From a virus (lineage: Duplodnaviria > Caudoviricetes), in the IMG/VR virus record IMGVR_UViG_3300037313_000552, positions 1 to 41,338 of that record: 41,338 nt of DNA. One strand, written 5' to 3'. Shown piece by piece: positions 35,007 to 41,338 of this stretch. The notes beneath the pieces were generated by a model that ran no database searches, was not told the DNA's origin, and worked only from the letters and a program-made list of their open reading frames with translations. The stretch's first letter is position 1, and each line of letters starts with the position of its first letter. A program made the translations under genes and the position numbers.

Positions 35007-35182
35007 GACTTTCCTCCTTCAGTTCGCGCTCTGAGGGCGGCGGCTTCGGCCCGGATCATCTCAGCGTCTTTGTTGTCGAAGGTCCAGCCATGCAGCCAGT
35101 AGATGATGGCGGCATTGTGCACCGGATCGTTGGGCCATCCTCCGAGTTCGCGGATGGTCACGGCCTCGTTGATGAAGCTCAT
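35003..35182 (-). CDS. Hypothetical protein
   Basis: ATGA coupling at 35182. Confidence 0.6.
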   Translation of the reverse strand: MSFINEAVTIRELGGWPNDPVHNAAIIYWLHGWTFDNKDAEMIRAEAAALRARTEGGKS

Positions 35183-35826
35183 GCGCCGCGCCATTTTCTC
35201 AACGCGCTCAGCTGCTTCTCGCTTCTCAATGCAGACGCTTCAGCGTAAAGCCTATTCGCAGCGGCCACGCGCAGAGGATTGTCACTGTCGCCTTCAATTT
35301 CACGCGCGCGGCGTTCTAGCTCGTCAGCTTCAGGGCATTCCTGCTTCTCGCTTTTCGGGGAAAGGGCGGCGCGGGTTTTGGGAGTTTCGCATTCAGGGCA
35401 TTCGCTCGATGCGTCCCACTCGCCTTCGTCAAACTCGCCGCCGCACGTAGAGCAGCGCTTAAGGCCGGGGAGTGTCAGGCCAACCGCTTTTGCGGCGCGG
35501 CGATAATCCTTGATGAGCAAGCGAAACTTCGCCCATTCTTCGTCGTCTTCGGTCGCTTTGATCTGCTCGACACAATTAGCGAACGGCTGTAGCGCCTCCC
35601 GCAACCGCTCGTTCTCCTCCATCACCGGGGCGTAGAGTGCGAGAACGGCGTCGGCTTTTTCGAGCGACTTACCAACGCCTCGGTTAGCCCACTGCCCGAA
35701 CGTCGTGTCGCCCCATCCGATCTTGATTTCGCTTTCCCATGCTTCGCGTCTGGTCAGACACTCGTCACGATGCTCCCACGCGCTCGGATCAATCGCCCGC
35801 GCGATCTTATCCCGCATCTCAGTCAT
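35179..35826 (-). CDS. Mosaic hypothetical protein with Zn-ribbon
   Basis: MRDKIARAI...ADAVLA; ENERLREAL.PF; CSTC...CPEC. Confidence 0.7.
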   Translation of the reverse strand: MTEMRDKIARAIDPSAWEHRDECLTRREAWESEIKIGWGDTTFGQWANRGVGKSLEKADAVLALYAPVMEENERLREALQPFANCVEQIKATEDDEEWAKFRLLIKDYRRAAKAVGLTLPGLKRCSTCGGEFDEGEWDASSECPECETPKTRAALSPKSEKQECPEADELERRAREIEGDSDNPLRVAAANRLYAEASALRSEKQLSALRKWRGA

Positions 35827-36125
35827 GGCCGCGTATCTCCCGCTTCGAGCTTGGCGAGGAGGGCGTCGTCGAGCGCCTTCAGCTTTTCCCATGTCCTCGT
35901 AACGAACTCTTGCTCGCCGCGAAGTTCGCCACGACCTACCCAATAGCAAGCTCGCGCATCCTTCAGCGCCTCCACAAGCTCAGTGATTGTGTCGGCGGCT
36001 TCGGGACCATCGGGGTTGACCAGACCGGGGCGCTCAATGATGTCGCCATTCTCCACGAATGGAAGTTGCACCTTGCGCAGCAGCCGCTCTACAATGGGCC
36101 GCGCTGCCCCTGCTTCTTGGGTCAT
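35823..36125 (-). CDS. Hypothetical phage protein
   Basis: IVERL...NPDGPEAADTI pattern; coupled. Confidence 0.7.
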   Translation of the reverse strand: MTQEAGAARPIVERLLRKVQLPFVENGDIIERPGLVNPDGPEAADTITELVEALKDARACYWVGRGELRGEQEFVTRTWEKLKALDDALLAKLEAGDTRP

Positions 36126-36478
36126 GCCGCTTCTCCGCGCGCTTTGGCGAGGGCAGCCTTTCCCTCTCTCAGCGCGCGCGAAACGCTATCTTCCGGATGA
36201 CCTGTCTGCCCGTGAGCCGCTAATTGCTGCTGGCAGTAGTCCAATTCCGTGCGACACTGCCGAAGCGCCTCATAAAGCTCCGGCGCGGCTGCGATCAGGT
36301 GGGCGTTGGCCTCTCGCTCATTCCACCGCTCAGACCCCCGCCAAGGGTTGCCCATCCCATCAACGGTGGCGATATTCCAATGCTCGGATTGGATGACCAG
36401 ATCGTAAGGGTCTTTGCCTCGCGCCCACGGCCCCGGAGTGAACTGCGCCCCTGCTTCTCGATGTGGGTTAGGTGTCAT
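36122..36478 (-). CDS. Hypothetical phage protein
   Basis: FTPGPW...ANAHLIAAAPELYEAL...AALAKARGE, widespread early-gene pattern. Confidence 0.8.
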   Translation of the reverse strand: MTPNPHREAGAQFTPGPWARGKDPYDLVIQSEHWNIATVDGMGNPWRGSERWNEREANAHLIAAAPELYEALRQCRTELDYCQQQLAAHGQTGHPEDSVSRALREGKAALAKARGEAA

Positions 36479-36750
36479 GCTGCGTCTCCTTGGGCGAAGA
36501 AGGCTCGCAACTCGGCTGCGACCTCTGGTGGAAGGCTAATGCAGACCGTTTCCCCCATTTGATAGAACTCGTCGCCTACGTTGCGGAACTCTGGCCCGCG
36601 CACCGTGACTACGCAGCGGCCATCCTCAAATAGCTTGAAGTTCGCATACTGCGGATAGTGCTTGTAACCGCCTGTACCGGGCGTCCACGCATAGACCTTG
36701 GGCCAATCGCCCTCATTCTGTCGTTCATCGGTCACTTGTCGGTTAGGCAT
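36475..36750 (-). CDS. Hypothetical protein
   Basis: ATG at 36750 with AAAGGG upstream; coupled. Confidence 0.6.
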   Translation of the reverse strand: MPNRQVTDERQNEGDWPKVYAWTPGTGGYKHYPQYANFKLFEDGRCVVTVRGPEFRNVGDEFYQMGETVCISLPPEVAAELRAFFAQGDAA

Positions 36751-37021
36751 TGTCGGACCCTTTCTGGGTGGATGACTTGTGGATCTCGCCGTTTGTTTCG
36801 AAGAGAAAACCGAGCGCGCCGACAATGAAGTCCGCTTCTTCCTGCGTCTCACAAATGGCGATGCGTTGGGTGTCGGTGACGGGGCCGGCAGCGACAATCC
36901 ATCTCCCATCCACGCGCTCGTAGCTGTTGAGCGATCGATATTGCGTCAGCTTTCGGAGGAAATAATCTGGAGCTAGTCGAACGATGCGCGTCGGATCGAA
37001 GCCAGAATCAGTCATCATCAT
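36743..37021 (-). CDS. Hypothetical protein, first gene beyond attP
   Basis: AGGGGA RBS; 92 aa. Confidence 0.65.
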   Translation of the reverse strand: MMMTDSGFDPTRIVRLAPDYFLRKLTQYRSLNSYERVDGRWIVAAGPVTDTQRIAICETQEEADFIVGALGFLFETNGEIHKSSTQKGSDNA

Positions 37022-37031
37022 TCCCCTGATG

Positions 37032-37050
37032 TGTGTACGGGCTGTGTACG
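37032..37050 (+). repeat. Integrase arm-type sites (left pair)
   Basis: TGTGTACG x2 at 11-bp period; matching TGTACG pair at 37214-37230. Confidence 0.65.
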
Positions 37051-37064
37051 CGCAGTGCCTGTTT

Positions 37065-37079
37065 GTTCGGCGCGCGTTC
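37065..37079. promoter_or_regulatory. Alphaproteobacterial LexA (SOS) box candidate
   Basis: GTTC-ggcgcgc-GTTC, exact GTTC-N7-GTTC. Confidence 0.5.
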
Positions 37080-37102
37080 CTGCAAGATTCTGCAGGGGAA
37101 GA

Positions 37103-37150
37103 TGGCGCACCCGACAGGATTCGAACCTGTGGCCTCTGCCTTCGGAGGGC
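37103..37150 (-). other. attP core: 3' half of tRNA-Arg(CCG)
   Basis: Minus strand GCCCTCCGAAGGCAGAGGCCACAGGTTCGAATCCTGTCGGGTGCGCCA: anticodon loop CCG, T-arm GTTCGAATC, CCA; 5' half absent; 17 nt from int stop. Confidence 0.92.
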
Positions 37151-37167
37151 TGAAACCGCAAACCATA

Positions 37168-38265
37168 TTATGCGCTTTCTTTCAGCAACTTAATGCCGGT
37201 ACGTTTTTCGGCTTGTACGCGCCCTGTACGATTTGCCCTATGAATCTTGCGAGAAACGTCCTCCGCATGGGTGTAGGTGCGCGACAGCATTGACGTGTCC
37301 GACCAAGCCCCGAAACGAGCCGCCGCCTTCGCGTCCACGCCGCGCCTGACAACCATCTCCTGGCCGAAGCCGTGACGGCCGGCAGAGTGCGGCGGCAAGT
37401 ACGGGATGCCTGCCCGCTTGCAGTCCGCTCTCCAGCCCTTGAGCATTGAGCAGCGATCGGCGTAACCGAACACGCGCAACGTGTCTCGCGTGTCCCGTGG
37501 CCAGCCTCGCGGCCTCTTCGGCGGTAGGGCGCGCAGCTCGGCGACCAGTTCAGGGGTCAGGTCCACCCATTCATCGTCATGGCCCTTGACGCCGACAACT
37601 CTTGCTCGCGCTCTGTCTAGGTCCAGGTCGTCGGGGTGCATCACAACCATTTGTCCGACGCGCCTTCCGGTTACGAACATGAAGTGCGCCATCGCGGCCC
37701 TGTACGGGCTGGTTGTGTGTCGGCGGAACTGTAGCAGCCATTCCCAGCTTCCTGGCGTCTTGGGAACGCGGCTGCGCTTACCCCGGCGCTTGTCCTGCTT
37801 AATCCGCTCGTCCTTGTCATATCCCTTGATCTTGATCGGCGGGCATCTGCCAAGCTCGTGAGCGTTGTTGATGACGGCGCGGGCAGGCGTAATCACCCAC
37901 CGTCGCCAGCTATCCGTGCAGTTGTCTGGATAGAGCTTCGGGCCAAGATCCTTGACCATTTTTGCCGTGATCTTGGCACAGGAGTAGGGGCCTAGCTCGC
38001 GGGCAATAGGCTCCAGATACTTCGCCATGTCCGGCGTCGGATTGTAGAGCAGAACAGCGCCCATGAAGGTTATCTGCTCACTCTCATCGCCGATGTAGAA
38101 GCGCCGTTCCTCCTGCTCCTCGCGGAGCCGGATCCAGTCCCTTGCGCCGCTCTCCGTAGATGATCCAGTGCTTTCCCTAATGTAGGCTGTGACCGGGCGC
38201 CCGTTGACCTCGACGCGCCCCTTGACCCACCAGACAGGGCCTCGCTTGTAGGCGGTGAGGGGCAT
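37168..38265 (-). CDS. int: Tyrosine integrase
   Basis: TGRR (R), VKG (K), HSAGRH, GAW, TYTH (Y); GGAGG RBS before ATG 38265; adjacent to attP. Confidence 0.92.
   Translation of the reverse strand: MPLTAYKRGPVWWVKGRVEVNGRPVTAYIRESTGSSTESGARDWIRLREEQEERRFYIGDESEQITFMGAVLLYNPTPDMAKYLEPIARELGPYSCAKITAKMVKDLGPKLYPDNCTDSWRRWVITPARAVINNAHELGRCPPIKIKGYDKDERIKQDKRRGKRSRVPKTPGSWEWLLQFRRHTTSPYRAAMAHFMFVTGRRVGQMVVMHPDDLDLDRARARVVGVKGHDDEWVDLTPELVAELRALPPKRPRGWPRDTRDTLRVFGYADRCSMLKGWRADCKRAGIPYLPPHSAGRHGFGQEMVVRRGVDAKAAARFGAWSDTSMLSRTYTHAEDVSRKIHRANRTGRVQAEKRTGIKLLKESA
37214..37230 (+). repeat. Integrase arm-type sites (right pair, within int 3' end)
   Basis: TGTACG-cgccc-TGTACG, 11-bp period; IHF-like TTTCAGCAACTTA at 37180-37192. 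Confidence 0.6.
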
Positions 38266-38459
38266 GTCGTTTCCTCCAGAATACGGTCGATTTGGGCGGG
38301 CGTAATAATCATCGCCTTGCCGATGACGTGGCAAGCGCCAAGTTCGCGAGCCTTAGCCCTCAGAGTGCGTTCGGACATGCTGATGCCCTTGGACGCGAAC
38401 ATGTTACACCATTCCGCAGGCGGCTTGCCGTGCTCCAGGATGAGGCTCACAGCGCTCAT
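38070..38459 (-). CDS. Excisionase-like winged HTH protein
   Basis: SERTLRAKARELGACHVIGKAMIITPAQIDRI; overlaps int 5' end by 196 nt. Confidence 0.75.
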   Translation of the reverse strand: MSAVSLILEHGKPPAEWCNMFASKGISMSERTLRAKARELGACHVIGKAMIITPAQIDRILEETTCPSPPTSEALSGGSRGASRSTGARSQPTLGKALDHLRRAAQGTGSGSARSRRNGASTSAMRVSR

Positions 38460-38785
38460 CGTGGCGAGAACTCCGCATCGGCGAAGAACATATCGCTCGG
38501 ATTGCCTGGGCACCTAACTTCAATGGCGCGGTACCGTGTTGTTCCGCCGCGTTGGTCGTTCAAGATAAGGTAGTCGCCGTCAAACGGGATGCGGTGTGTC
38601 CATCCGTAGATTTTGATGCGTTGCCCACCGTCAAACACTTGCGATATGCCGTAATTGACTAAGCGCAGCGTCCGCGGCTCCGGCTCTGGCTCGCGCGAGG
38701 GATTGAAGCGCGAAGCGGCGAGACGCGCAGCGGCTCGATCCCGAAGGGACGAAAGCCCGGTGCGAAGCACGCGCCAAAGCCTCAA
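38456..38785 (-). CDS. Hypothetical protein
   Basis: Coupled at 3' end; start uncertain. Confidence 0.55.
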   Translation of the reverse strand: MRLWRVLRTGLSSLRDRAAARLAASRFNPSREPEPEPRTLRLVNYGISQVFDGGQRIKIYGWTHRIPFDGDYLILNDQRGGTTRYRAIEVRCPGNPSDMFFADAEFSPR

Positions 38786-38982
38786 CTCACCCGCCTCAGC
38801 TTAGGATGCACCACCCGAAAGTCGCTGAATGCCCTCGACCAGCGAGGATGCTCTCTCGATCGAATAACGCGTACACAAAGAGCTTCATGCTCATCGTTGC
38901 GCCTGAAAGAGATATTGCAGACGCGGATGTCGAGAGGTTCATCCCGAACACTGTCCTGTCGGAGCGCATATGGTTTGGTCAT
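38782..38982 (-). CDS. Hypothetical protein
   Basis: ATGA coupling to ninB. Confidence 0.55.
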   Translation of the reverse strand: MTKPYALRQDSVRDEPLDIRVCNISFRRNDEHEALCVRVIRSREHPRWSRAFSDFRVVHPKLRRVS

Positions 38983-39368
38983 GCTGCCTGATCCTTGGCT
39001 TCGTCGCTCCAGCGCACGCCGTTCTCATCGCCGAACGCCTGGATGAAGTTGATAAGATCGCCCATCTGCGATTTGGTTAGGTGCGAGCTGCGAAAGCCTT
39101 TCGGGAACGGACGGCCATCCAAGCCTTCAACGAACTGGCACTCCCAACCGCAGGCGTTCATGAAGATCGCCTTCCAGTCGTCGGGAGTGTGCCTGCGTCC
39201 CAGCGGCATGGCCACGGACACGTCCGTCAGCATGGCCCAAAGCTTGTTGTTCTGGTCGAGCGTGCGCTTGGGTTCGCGCAGCTCCACAACGTAGCCGTGA
39301 GGCGCCTTATCGATCAGCATCTTCGCTCGTGCACGGCTGAACTCGCCTTCCAGGATGATCTTATGCAT
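38979..39368 (-). CDS. ninB: NinB/Orf recombination mediator
   Basis: KRTLDQNNKLWAMLTDVS, DWKAIF, G.RSS.LTK.QM.DLI.FI.AFG..GVRW. Confidence 0.9.
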   Translation of the reverse strand: MHKIILEGEFSRARAKMLIDKAPHGYVVELREPKRTLDQNNKLWAMLTDVSVAMPLGRRHTPDDWKAIFMNACGWECQFVEGLDGRPFPKGFRSSHLTKSQMGDLINFIQAFGDENGVRWSDEAKDQAA

Positions 39369-39753
39369 GGCTCGCCTCCATCTTGCGCTTCCACGCCGCG
39401 CCCATCGTTGTTCCGTCCAGCCACTCTAGCCAGTACGCAGTGACCACATCGCGCCCATCGAAGCCGTATTTCGATTGAAACGAAGGCCAGCCCATGCGGT
39501 GCTGTTCCTCGTGCCCGCCATCGCAGCACGGATAGGAAGCGCTGTCCGAAACCTTGCTCGACATGCCCTTGTCGCCCCACGGATCGAAGTGACAGGCGCG
39601 CACCTTGCCAGAGCACACATGCTTGCCTGGAGCGTGGATGCTCAGGAAGCAGGGACGACCACGCAGCCACTTGAGGAAAGGAGAGCACCTTTTCCATTCA
39701 TCGGCGCGATGCGACTTCTCGATCCGAGGCTTAAAGGCGGAACGGCTGAGCAT
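39361..39753 (-). CDS. DUF968-like HNH-fold nuclease
   Basis: FLKWLRGRPC...ACH...GMSSKVSD....PCC...H.EQH..G. Confidence 0.75.
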   Translation of the reverse strand: MLSRSAFKPRIEKSHRADEWKRCSPFLKWLRGRPCFLSIHAPGKHVCSGKVRACHFDPWGDKGMSSKVSDSASYPCCDGGHEEQHRMGWPSFQSKYGFDGRDVVTAYWLEWLDGTTMGAAWKRKMEASHA

Positions 39754-40013
39754 CAGAATGGCACATCGGAGTCGTCATCGTAGCGCTCTTCGGCATAAGG
39801 CTGTCTGCTCTCGCCTCGTCCGGAACTCGCTTGTTTCGGCTTGAACTTTAGCGACATGTATTTGTTGCCGTTGCGGTCCTCATTGATCCAGGCATCAAGC
39901 CAGTGATCTACGCCGCCGATGAGCGCGGAGCCCTTATAATCGGGATGCGTGTCGGCTTCCTTGCGGTCGTTCTTGAAGAGCGATCCGGTGAGGTCTTTGG
40001 GTTCGTAGGCCAT
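39753..40013 (-). CDS. Small single-stranded DNA-binding protein
   Basis: GSLFKNDRK...HPDYKG...W....KYMSL; acidic DDDSDVPF tail. Confidence 0.8.
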   Translation of the reverse strand: MAYEPKDLTGSLFKNDRKEADTHPDYKGSALIGGVDHWLDAWINEDRNGNKYMSLKFKPKQASSGRGESRQPYAEERYDDDSDVPF

Positions 40014-40014
40014 G

Positions 40015-40686
40015 CTATGCGTTCTCCAATTCGGCCGCGCGGGTGCGGTATTCTTTCTCGAGGAAGCTGTGCGCAGTCTCAGACGCTCCGCGGATCAGCT
40101 CGCGGTCAACTTCGCAGTCGTTCCAGGCCAAGCCGAGTTCGGCCAGGTCGGACGCCTCGCGCATCTTCTTGCGGATGCTGTTGGCGAGCTTCTGAAGATC
40201 GGTTTGCTGCTCGCCCTTTGAGGCGATATCGACTCCAGCCTTATCCGGATCGTCGCCGTCGCCAGTGGGGATCAGGAACAGCCCGCGCATGAACTGTTTG
40301 AGCGCGTAGGACTGCGCCGAACCCGCAGACTGCGCGCCTGTGTGCTGGACCTCCACACCCTTGTAGATCGGGCCGTAGCTCTCTCCGTCCTCGTGAATGA
40401 GCGTAAATGCGAAGCGAGCGCTCCACATGACTGCGGCCTTGCCCTTGCTGGTAGTGATTTCCCGTGTCTCCGCGTCTCGCGCTTCGTCGGGGATGATCGC
40501 TAGGCCAGCCTCCGCGCAATGGCCGCGAACGTGCGTGATGAAGTCGTCGATCGACGCATATTCGTACTTCGCGCCATAGTCGTCGCGCTTGTGCTCCTTG
40601 CCGAGCGTTCCCAAGCCCTTCATCACCTGGACGACCGCTTTTGCGATTGCTGGCGGGAAGGAATGGTTCTGAGTATCAGCAGCCAT
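40015..40686 (-). CDS. erf: ERF-family single-strand annealing protein
   Basis: YEYASIDD, LIHEDGE, QSAGSAQSYALKQF...F.I.TGD.DDPD; AAAGGA RBS before ATG 40686. Confidence 0.88.
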   Translation of the reverse strand: MAADTQNHSFPPAIAKAVVQVMKGLGTLGKEHKRDDYGAKYEYASIDDFITHVRGHCAEAGLAIIPDEARDAETREITTSKGKAAVMWSARFAFTLIHEDGESYGPIYKGVEVQHTGAQSAGSAQSYALKQFMRGLFLIPTGDGDDPDKAGVDIASKGEQQTDLQKLANSIRKKMREASDLAELGLAWNDCEVDRELIRGASETAHSFLEKEYRTRAAELENA

Positions 40687-40925
40687 TGATATTCGTCCTT
40701 TGAGATGGGGTGGGCGCGGTTGACGAAGCGGAACGGGTCTGCCGGGAACAGTCGGGGACTGTCTGTTCTTGGTGCCCATTCCGCTCGCCATCGCTGGTCG
40801 GAGAGCAATTCCCATGTTTCAGGGTCGCGCTCTCCGTCCTCAAGCCAGATGTGAACCGGCACCCAAGGACTGGCCTTGCGGAGCCTGATCTTGTAGTATC
40901 CCTCAACGATTTCATCGATCTGCAC
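40623..40925 (-). CDS. Hypothetical protein
   Basis: GYYKIRL....WVPV.IW...PIS..EY pattern; GAAGG upstream. Confidence 0.7.
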   Translation of the reverse strand: MQIDEIVEGYYKIRLRKASPWVPVHIWLEDGERDPETWELLSDQRWRAEWAPRTDSPRLFPADPFRFVNRAHPISKDEYQWLLILRTIPSRQQSQKRSSR

Positions 40926-41127
40926 CTTCGGCCTCTTTCAGATCCGCGACCTTGCAAGCCAGCAGATCGACCGCGTTGGCGAGTTCGGAGGCAAGCCCAG
41001 GGGTGAAGAGCCGAACCGGGCAGCGGGCAATGAATGGAGCGCAGCGGACGATCTCCGAAACGTCCTCGATGATCTGCGCTTGCGCCGACTGCTCCAGGAG
41101 AACGCGAGTTGCGTGGGGCGCATTCAT
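40912..41127 (-). CDS. Hypothetical protein
   Basis: GGAG RBS; ATGA coupling. Confidence 0.6.
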   Translation of the reverse strand: MNAPHATRVLLEQSAQAQIIEDVSEIVRCAPFIARCPVRLFTPGLASELANAVDLLACKVADLKEAEGADR

Positions 41128-41273
41128 CGCGCGTCTCCCTGTATCTTGCGGAACCTGTCCATTGCTTCATCGAAAGCGGTGAAATCGCCGCGCTTGAGAG
41201 CGTGAGCTGCAACATCAAAGAGAGCGCTCATCTCATTTGCTTTGGTGATGGTGGAGCGGAGGGAGGGGCTCAT
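41124..41273 (-). CDS. Hypothetical protein (49 aa)
   Basis: MSPSLRSTITKANEMSALFD...; GAGGA RBS; coupled. Confidence 0.55.
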   Translation of the reverse strand: MSPSLRSTITKANEMSALFDVAAHALKRGDFTAFDEAMDRFRKIQGDAR

Positions 41274-41338
41274 GATATCCTCACCTTCTTGCGCGGATTG
41301 GCGTGACAGGCGGCCATGATGTTCGCGAGAAATACGAT

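Larger units (their letters stand above)
1..41338. mobile_element. Temperate siphophage genome (HK97-type head, GTA-like tail), near complete, excised configuration
   Basis: Complete head, tail, lysis, integration, recombination and replication modules in lambdoid order; no host housekeeping genes; intact attP with phage genes on both sides. Confidence 0.95.

Noticed and set aside
37103-37150. Functional tRNA-Arg gene
   Set aside because: Only the anticodon loop to CCA is present; acceptor 5' strand and D-arm are missing, so it is an att core
1-41338. CRISPR array, terminal repeat, or host-flanked prophage boundaries
   Set aside because: No regularly spaced repeats; window ends do not overlap; attP is unsplit and no host genes are present

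Overview
The window is a nearly complete temperate siphophage genome, probably from a sphingomonad or related alphaproteobacterial host (inferred from the tRNA-Arg target, GTA-like tail genes and a NepR-like gene). It appears to be in the excised/virion configuration, because attP is intact with phage genes on both sides. The window starts inside a cro-like gene and ends in the early-left operon; no cI repressor is visible. Gene order: early-right operon (N6-adenine and C5-cytosine methyltransferases, nucleases, replication initiator with iterons, Q-position gene); late control region; HNH/cos/terminase/HK97-type head with a four-gene head-fibre/spike insert; GTA-like tail with a -1 frameshifting chaperone and a peptidase-bearing tape measure; an inverted GT87 glycosyltransferase moron; an expanded lysis region (two holin-like genes, lysozyme, secreted DUF1996 protein, secreted trypsin-like protease, nested spanins); a metallophosphoesterase; and a leftward operon containing attP, int/xis, ninB, ssb and erf. 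The most interesting candidate system is a link to the alphaproteobacterial general stress response. A 39-aa NepR-like anti-sigma mini-gene sits in the lysis region, and two exact sigma-EcfG motifs (GGAAC-N16-CGTT) occur in intergenic DNA: one at the late promoter and one antisense across the endolysin ribosome-binding site. Other notable signals are an alternative-frame gene nested in the cytosine methyltransferase, a covarying RNA hairpin motif upstream of three structural genes, and a LexA-type box in the attP arm. All calls come from reading the sequence and recalled family motifs; no searches were run.
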